This document shows positions 33,218 to 37,692 of a stretch of 37,692 bases of DNA, piece by piece. This stretch comes from a virus, in IMG/VR virus record IMGVR_UViG_3300016474_000192, positions 1 to 37,692 of that record; one strand, given 5' to 3'. Position 1 is the first letter of the stretch; every line of letters starts with the position of its first letter. Below the pieces are notes generated by a model. The model was not told the DNA's origin and made no database searches. It worked only from the letters and a program-made list of their open reading frames with translations. Made by a program: the position numbers and the translations under genes.

Positions 33218-33376
33218 ATGCTGAAGGGCTACCGCACCTATATCATGGCCGGTCTGGGCATTCTGTCCGCTGTGGCCAGCTATCTGGTAGGTGACACGGA
33301 CCTGCTGACGGCGGCTAACGCTGCGTTCAGCGCCGCCGCCGTCGCTTTCTTACGCGCAGGCATCCCGCGCTTGTAA
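33218..33376 (+). CDS. Small two-TM membrane protein, 52 aa (holin candidate)
   Basis: AAAGGAG SD. MLKGYRTYIMAGLGILSAVASYLVGD...AAFSAAAVAFLRAG. Confidence 0.55.
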   Translation: MLKGYRTYIMAGLGILSAVASYLVGDTDLLTAANAAFSAAAVAFLRAGIPRL

Positions 33377-33625
33377 GCGGTCTGCGACCAACTTGGCATA
33401 CCCGGCTATATCGACCCAACTGTCGTCATAGTCGGGGTCGCCATTGATGATACGCCCGATCTTATGGACGATCATTTCCAACGCTTCTTTTTGATCCGGC
33501 GCCATCCTATGCCAGCTATCGCCGCGCGTAAGCACCTGTTTCATTCTTTGCGTTACCTCGGCGTGGCCTTCAAACGAGCCGTAACGGTTTCCGCGCTGTT
33601 CCAGCGTGGCGCTTATATCGCTCAC
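33350..33625 (-). CDS. Conserved phage protein, 91 aa (function unknown)
   Basis: GTG at 33625 follows AAAGGA and forms a GTGA overlap with the upstream stop. The ORF is open to a GTG at 33679, which has no SD. ...RGNRYGSFEGHAEV...QKEALEMIVHKIGRIING... Confidence 0.65.
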   Translation of the reverse strand: MSDISATLEQRGNRYGSFEGHAEVTQRMKQVLTRGDSWHRMAPDQKEALEMIVHKIGRIINGDPDYDDSWVDIAGYAKLVADRLQARDACA

Positions 33626-33813
33626 TTCTTCATCCTTTCTGACAATTCGCGCCTTTCGCGCATCATACGCAGCTTGCACAGGCGCTGGTGCAATCGCAGA
33701 CCGATTGCCGTGCGCTTGTGCAAGTTTACTTCGTCGTCCAGCATCTGCTGAATTTCAGCCTCGCTGTAGTTCGGCAGGTTCGCTGCCAGCGTCTGCCATG
33801 ATACTTTAGCCAT
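33622..33813 (-). CDS. Hypothetical protein, 63 aa
   Basis: GAGGAA SD. Overlaps the SNF2 stop. Confidence 0.65.
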   Translation of the reverse strand: MAKVSWQTLAANLPNYSEAEIQQMLDDEVNLHKRTAIGLRLHQRLCKLRMMRERRELSERMKK

Positions 33814-35122
33814 CTTTCAATTCCTCTAGGGCTATGTCGGACACCGCGCGCTTGTCGTGCAGCGCTGCCCAGATACGTTCATCAATCGTCTTTTCCGTCA
33901 GCATGACGTATACCCAAACGTCGTGGCGCTGCCCGCTGCGGTGCAGGCGCCCTACGGTTTGTTCGTATAGTTCCAGCGACCACGGCAGCGACAGAAACAC
34001 CATGTGGCAGCCGCCATGCTGTAGGTTCAGGCCGTGCCCGGCTGACTTGGGATGCACCAGCAGCAGTTCAACTTCGCCACGGTTCCAGCGCTCAATGACG
34101 TTCTCGTCGTCAATCGTCTGCGCGTGCGGGAAGCGGCGCTTCAGTTCGGCCAATTCTTCCTGATACGAGTAGACGACAATCGTGTTGGCGCGCTGGTTTT
34201 CGTCCAGCAGTTCGGCCAGCCGGTCGAACTTGTGCTGGCTGAACCAGATAGACCCCATTCCGCCGTCGCGGTTGTAAACGAAGCCGGACGCCATCTGTTG
34301 CAGCTTGGTCGTGACCGACGCGGCGTTCTGCGCAATGACGCGTTCGTCGCCAAAGCGGACAACGTATTCGGCCTTCATCTTGGCGTAGGGCTTGGGGTCC
34401 GCAAAAGCTGACCGCACTTCCACGACGTTGCACGGCGGCAGCTTATCCTTGTACTCGCCCGGCTCCAGCACATACGTTGCCGGGCGAATGCGTGCCATAA
34501 CCTGTTCCAGCGCCCCGGACGCTGGCGTCCACTGGCCAAAGTCACGGTTGGCGCAGATAAAATACTGCTGCAAGAACGCCCCCTTGGCACGGCCCAGCAG
34601 CGCTTGGTCGATGATCTTGCACTGGCCGAACACGTCTTCAAGGCCGTTTGACGTGAATGACCCGGTCAGGCCCCAGCGCACCTTGACCGGCGCAATCAGC
34701 TTCTCCAGCGCCTTGAAGCGCTTGCCGCTAGGGTTCTTCAGCCGCGTCAGTTCGTCGAACACGATCCCGTCGAAGCCGGTCAGGTCGGTCAGCTTGTTGA
34801 GGTTGTCGTAGTTGATAACGACCACGTCGGCATCGCTGGCCAGCGCTTCCTGCCGCTGCTGCGGTGTGCCGACGGCCAGCGCCAGCCGCAGCATCGGCGC
34901 CCACTTCGGCGCTTCGACCGGCCAGACATCCGTGCAGACGCGCTTGGGGGCGACGACCAGCCAGCGCGACGCGTGGCCGTGCGCCACCATATCGGCCATC
35001 GCCGTCAGCGCGATCATCGTTTTCCCCGCGCCGACCGGCGCAAGGATCATCGCCCGGTCACGCTCGAACAGAAAGTCTGCGGCGTCATCCTGATACGGCC
35101 TTAGCTGAAGCGTTTGCACCAT
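33806..35122 (-). CDS. SNF2-family (SF2) helicase
   Basis: Motif I LAPVGAGKT, motif II VFDELTRLKN, motif V-like SAGHGLNLQ and motif VI QTVGRLHRSGQ. Confidence 0.9.
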   Translation of the reverse strand: MVQTLQLRPYQDDAADFLFERDRAMILAPVGAGKTMIALTAMADMVAHGHASRWLVVAPKRVCTDVWPVEAPKWAPMLRLALAVGTPQQRQEALASDADVVVINYDNLNKLTDLTGFDGIVFDELTRLKNPSGKRFKALEKLIAPVKVRWGLTGSFTSNGLEDVFGQCKIIDQALLGRAKGAFLQQYFICANRDFGQWTPASGALEQVMARIRPATYVLEPGEYKDKLPPCNVVEVRSAFADPKPYAKMKAEYVVRFGDERVIAQNAASVTTKLQQMASGFVYNRDGGMGSIWFSQHKFDRLAELLDENQRANTIVVYSYQEELAELKRRFPHAQTIDDENVIERWNRGEVELLLVHPKSAGHGLNLQHGGCHMVFLSLPWSLELYEQTVGRLHRSGQRHDVWVYVMLTEKTIDERIWAALHDKRAVSDIALEELKDG

Positions 35123-35376
35123 TCGTCCACGTCATCCTTCGACCAAAGGCAAGCGTAGTGCTGCTTGGCGTGCTGCATCTCTTCGGCAAATATCTCTTGC
35201 AGCGCCGACAGGCGGCCGCCCGGCTTCTTCAATTCAACAAACCATGCTTCGCCGTTCGGCATACACGCAATCCGGTCCGCAACGCCGCGCTGCGTCACGC
35301 TGCGGAACTTGTACGCGTAGCCGCCCAGCGCCTTAACGCGTTTGACGAAATAAGCTTCGATCTCTTTCTCGGTCAT
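35101..35376 (-). CDS. VRR-NUC domain nuclease
   Basis: RGVADRIACMPNGEAWFVELKKPGGRLSALQ matches the VRR-NUC PD-(D/E)xK core (D...ExK...Q). Confidence 0.85.
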   Translation of the reverse strand: MTEKEIEAYFVKRVKALGGYAYKFRSVTQRGVADRIACMPNGEAWFVELKKPGGRLSALQEIFAEEMQHAKQHYACLWSKDDVDEWCKRFS

Positions 35377-35383
35377 GGCTTGT

Positions 35384-35412
35384 GGAATAGTGAAACATTT
35401 TTTGTGTGTCTA
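35384..35412 (-). promoter_or_regulatory. Candidate promoter for a leaderless VRR-NUC/SNF2 transcript
   Basis: On the minus strand: TAGACA (35412-35407), a 17-nt spacer, then TATTCC (35389-35384). The ATG lies exactly 7 nt downstream and has no SD. Confidence 0.3.
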
Positions 35413-35416
35413 GGGG

Positions 35417-35444
35417 TTGCGTAACAATTTTTGTCGTGTAAGGT
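35417..35444 (+). promoter_or_regulatory. Candidate promoter of the replication operon
   Basis: TTGCGT (35417-35422), a 16-nt spacer, then TAAGGT (35439-35444), about 35 nt upstream of the DUF2800-type gene. Confidence 0.3.
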
Positions 35445-35477
35445 GAGCGCTCCAAACAGTACAGTGGAGTAAACGAG

Positions 35478-36599
35478 ATGGCTCAACATAGCCGTATTGT
35501 CGGCGGCTCGACCGCCAAGCGCGTCATCGCCTGCCCCGGCAGCGTGGCGCTGGTGGACAAAATGCCACCCAAGCCCAGCAGCAGCTACGCAGACACCGGC
35601 ACTCTGCTGCACGACACCATCGCAGACGTGCTGACCAAGGATATGCACCCGGCTGCGTATCTGGGCCGCAAGTACGCCGAAATCGAACTGACGCAGGACT
35701 TGCTGGACAGCAAGCTGCTGGTCGCGCTGCAAGCGCTGGACGAAATCGACCCTGAAGGGAACTTGGACTATGCGGTCGAAGCTGTGGTGGACTTTGGCGA
35801 GTTGCTGCCTGATGTGTTCGGCAGCGTGGACCTTATTGGTCGCCTTGGCGACCGCGCCATTGTTCTTGATTGGAAGTTTGGCGACGGCGTCGCAGTCGAA
35901 GTCGAAGAGAACGCCCAGCTACTCTTCTACGCTGCGGCTGCTATGCGTACGCAGAAAACGAAGTGGGCGTTCGACGGTGCGAAGGATGTAGAACTGGTCA
36001 TCGTCCAGCCGCCCTACGTCAAGCGCTGGATGACCACCATCGACCGCGTCAAGGCGTTTGAGGAAGAACTGGTCCGCGCCGTCCGCGTGGCGCTGAAGCC
36101 GGACGCGCCGCTGTCTGCTGGCGACCATTGCAAGTGGTGCGCCGCCAAGCCGGTCTGCCCGCTGATGACTGGCGCCATCGACCGCATCACCAAGGCCAAG
36201 GTCGAAGCGCTGCCGGTCGAACAGATCGCGCATTACCTTGACCAAATCCCGCTGGTCGAAAGTTTCCTGAAGGACTTGCAGCAGTTGGCGCACGGCCTTA
36301 TCGAAGAGGGCCAGAAGGTGCCCGGCTGGAAGCTGGTTAACAAGCGCGCGACACGCCAATGGACGGACACCGACAAGGCGGTAGCGTACCTTACGCTGGC
36401 CGGTGTTGAACCGTTCGAAGAAAAGATCATCTCGCCCGCAGCGGCTGAAAAGCTGCTGAAGAAGGCGAAGCAGAACTTGCCCGACGACCTTGTGGTCGCC
36501 GTGTCAAGCGGCTCTACTCTCGCGCCGGAAAGTGACCCGCGCCCGGAAGTAGTGTCAATCGGCCAGACGCTGAAGAAGGCAATGGCTAAAATCCAGTAA
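35478..36599 (+). CDS. PD-(D/E)XK nuclease with a Cas4/AddB-like Cys4 cluster (DUF2800-type)
   Basis: GSVDLIG...VLDWKFGDG...NAQLLFYA nuclease core. N-terminal Cys (ACPGS) plus the C-terminal CKWCAAKPVCP (C-x2-C-x5-C). Confidence 0.85.
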   Translation: MAQHSRIVGGSTAKRVIACPGSVALVDKMPPKPSSSYADTGTLLHDTIADVLTKDMHPAAYLGRKYAEIELTQDLLDSKLLVALQALDEIDPEGNLDYAVEAVVDFGELLPDVFGSVDLIGRLGDRAIVLDWKFGDGVAVEVEENAQLLFYAAAAMRTQKTKWAFDGAKDVELVIVQPPYVKRWMTTIDRVKAFEEELVRAVRVALKPDAPLSAGDHCKWCAAKPVCPLMTGAIDRITKAKVEALPVEQIAHYLDQIPLVESFLKDLQQLAHGLIEEGQKVPGWKLVNKRATRQWTDTDKAVAYLTLAGVEPFEEKIISPAAAEKLLKKAKQNLPDDLVVAVSSGSTLAPESDPRPEVVSIGQTLKKAMAKIQ

Positions 36600-36622
36600 C
36601 GTACAACCAAGGAGTTAAAGTT

Positions 36623-37282
36623 ATGTCTGATGTAGTGAAGTTCGGTGGTGCCAATCTGCCGTCGGTCAAGTCCCTGTCGTCCGCTCTGCGCTCAATTGAG
36701 GCGGAAGTCGGCGGTTCGGGCGGTATGGTCATCCTCAAGATGGACAAGACCGGACATTGGGTATTCGGCGCCGATCAGACCGAAGTAGAAGACGACAGCA
36801 TCTGGGCGGTAAACCCGTTCTCGTTCATCCACGGCTATATTGCGTGGGGCGAGGGAACTGTATTGGGTGAAAAGATGGTGCCGGTTCATGAACCGCTGCC
36901 GGAAACCGGCCCTTCCCCTGACGGCGCTAAGCGCGGCTGGGAAATGCAGGTCGGTATGTCGCTGGCTTGCACGACCGGCGAAGATGAAGGAATGCAGGCG
37001 CGCTACACTGTCACTTCGGTCGGCGGTAAGCGTGCGGTGCAGGCGCTGGCTCTGGCCATTGCCGATCAGGCCGACAAGAACCCGGACAAGCCGGTTCCGC
37101 TGGTTCGTCTGAAGAAGGAACACTACCAGCACAAGTCGTATGGCCGTATTTACACGCCGGTCTTCGATATTGTAGATTGGGTGTCTCTTGACGCAGACAG
37201 CGTGAGCGAAAGCGAAGCGCCGGAAGCCGACGACGATACCGAAGCTGGTGACGCTCCGCGCCGCCGCCGCCGCGTATCGTAA
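36623..37282 (+). CDS. Hypothetical protein, 219 aa, with an acidic C-terminal tail (occupies the SSB/DUF2815 position of the module)
   Basis: AAGGAG SD. The C-terminus is DADSVSESEAPEADDDTEAGDAPRRRRRVS. The function call is positional only. Confidence 0.8.
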   Translation: MSDVVKFGGANLPSVKSLSSALRSIEAEVGGSGGMVILKMDKTGHWVFGADQTEVEDDSIWAVNPFSFIHGYIAWGEGTVLGEKMVPVHEPLPETGPSPDGAKRGWEMQVGMSLACTTGEDEGMQARYTVTSVGGKRAVQALALAIADQADKNPDKPVPLVRLKKEHYQHKSYGRIYTPVFDIVDWVSLDADSVSESEAPEADDDTEAGDAPRRRRRVS

Positions 37283-37296
37283 CAGGGGGCGCGAAA

Positions 37297-37323
37297 GCCG
37301 GGGCGGGGTTGGGCCGTCCCGGC
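37297..37323 (+). other. GC-rich intercistronic hairpin
   Basis: 10-bp stem GCCGGGGCGG/CCGTCCCGGC (one G-U) with a 7-nt loop and no U-run. Confidence 0.35.
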
Positions 37324-37348
37324 GAGTAGCGGATGAAGTGAGGCATCC

Positions 37349-37692
37349 GTGGCTATCTTATATTGTGATTTCGAGACCCGCAGCCGTTGCGACCTGAAGG
37401 CGCACGGCGTTTACAATTACGCGCAAGACTTAAGCACCGAAGTGCTGTGTATGTCTTACGCCTTCGACGACGAAGACGTGCGGACGTGGCTGCCCGGTCA
37501 GCCTTTCCCGCCAGCCGTCAAGAACCATCGCGGCCAGATACGCGCGCACAACGCGGCGTTCGAACGCCTGATTTTCTGGTACGTCCTGCAAGTCAACTTC
37601 GACCTTGAACAGTTCTACTGCACCGCAGCACAGGCCCGCGCCAACTGCGCGCCGGGCAGTCTGGAAGACGTGGGGCGGTTCGCTGGGGCGTC
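37349..37692 (+). CDS. DNA polymerase family A, N-terminal 3'-5' exonuclease part (continues at position 23)
   Basis: GTG at 37349 lies 5 nt after GAGG, and an in-frame stop lies at 37334. ExoI ILYCDFETRS and ExoII AHNAAFERLIF. Confidence 0.9.
   Translation, partial: MAILYCDFETRSRCDLKAHGVYNYAQDLSTEVLCMSYAFDDEDVRTWLPGQPFPPAVKNHRGQIRAHNAAFERLIFWYVLQVNFDLEQFYCTAAQARANCAPGSLEDVGRFAGA
37671..37692. repeat. Second copy of the 22-bp closure overlap
   Basis: Identical to positions 1-22. Confidence 0.9.

Noticed and set aside
1-37692. tRNA genes, CRISPR arrays, integrase/excisionase, phage RNA polymerase, reverse transcriptase/DGR (TR-VR pair near the fibre genes)
   Set aside because: I scanned non-coding gaps and ORF translations and found no cloverleaf-like segment, no repeat-spacer array, no tyrosine/serine recombinase motifs, no RT YxDD motif and no long fibre-gene repeat elsewhere. 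This is an absence call made by eye only. tRNAscan-SE and HMM searches should confirm it.

Overview
The window is a complete, circularly closed genome of a tailed phage (podovirus type, about 60% GC by eye, probably from a proteobacterial host).

**Closure.** Positions 1-22 are identical to 37671-37692, so the unit length is 37,670 bp. The linearisation point splits the family-A DNA polymerase gene (37349..37692 continues in frame into 23..1646).

**Layout.**
1. Replication module on the + strand, from 35478 through the wrap to 3999: Cas4-like PD-(D/E)XK nuclease (DUF2800-type), a 219-aa acidic-tailed protein, PolA and a primase/SF3-helicase. It ends at a bidirectional terminator (4029-4064). 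A VRR-NUC nuclease, an SNF2 helicase and two small genes run divergently on the minus strand (35376 down to 33350).
2. A leftward early operon (8713 down to 4070) of about 20 small ORFs, mostly translationally coupled and of unknown function. It includes a truncated DnaN (beta-clamp)-like protein, a Cys4 mini-protein and an XRE-type HTH protein.
3. An ORF-free control hub of about 1 kb (8714-9721). It holds a leftward promoter, 14 or more helically phased TTTGGGT(A/C)(G/A) iterons in both orientations next to an AT-rich patch, and then about 450 nt of GC-rich, strongly self-complementary sequence. That sequence ends in two tandem intrinsic terminators with near-identical T-tails, just upstream of the late operon.
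4. A rightward late operon (9722 to 33376) with P22-like synteny: terS, terL, portal, scaffold, P22-type coat, gp4-like adaptor, gp10-like hub, fibre, tailspike, three ejection-protein analogues and a lysis cassette. A 4.6-kb block not found in P22 (14171-18767) interrupts it between portal and scaffold. That block encodes a Dps-like mini-ferritin, fibre-like proteins, a 7-bladed beta-propeller and a chaperone-like protein.

**Not found.** I saw no integrase, phage RNA polymerase, reverse transcriptase, tRNA or CRISPR array.

**Most interesting.** The most unusual, unexplained element is the structured non-coding hub (candidate ncRNA, twin terminators, iteron array). All homology calls rest on motif recognition by eye, not on database searches.
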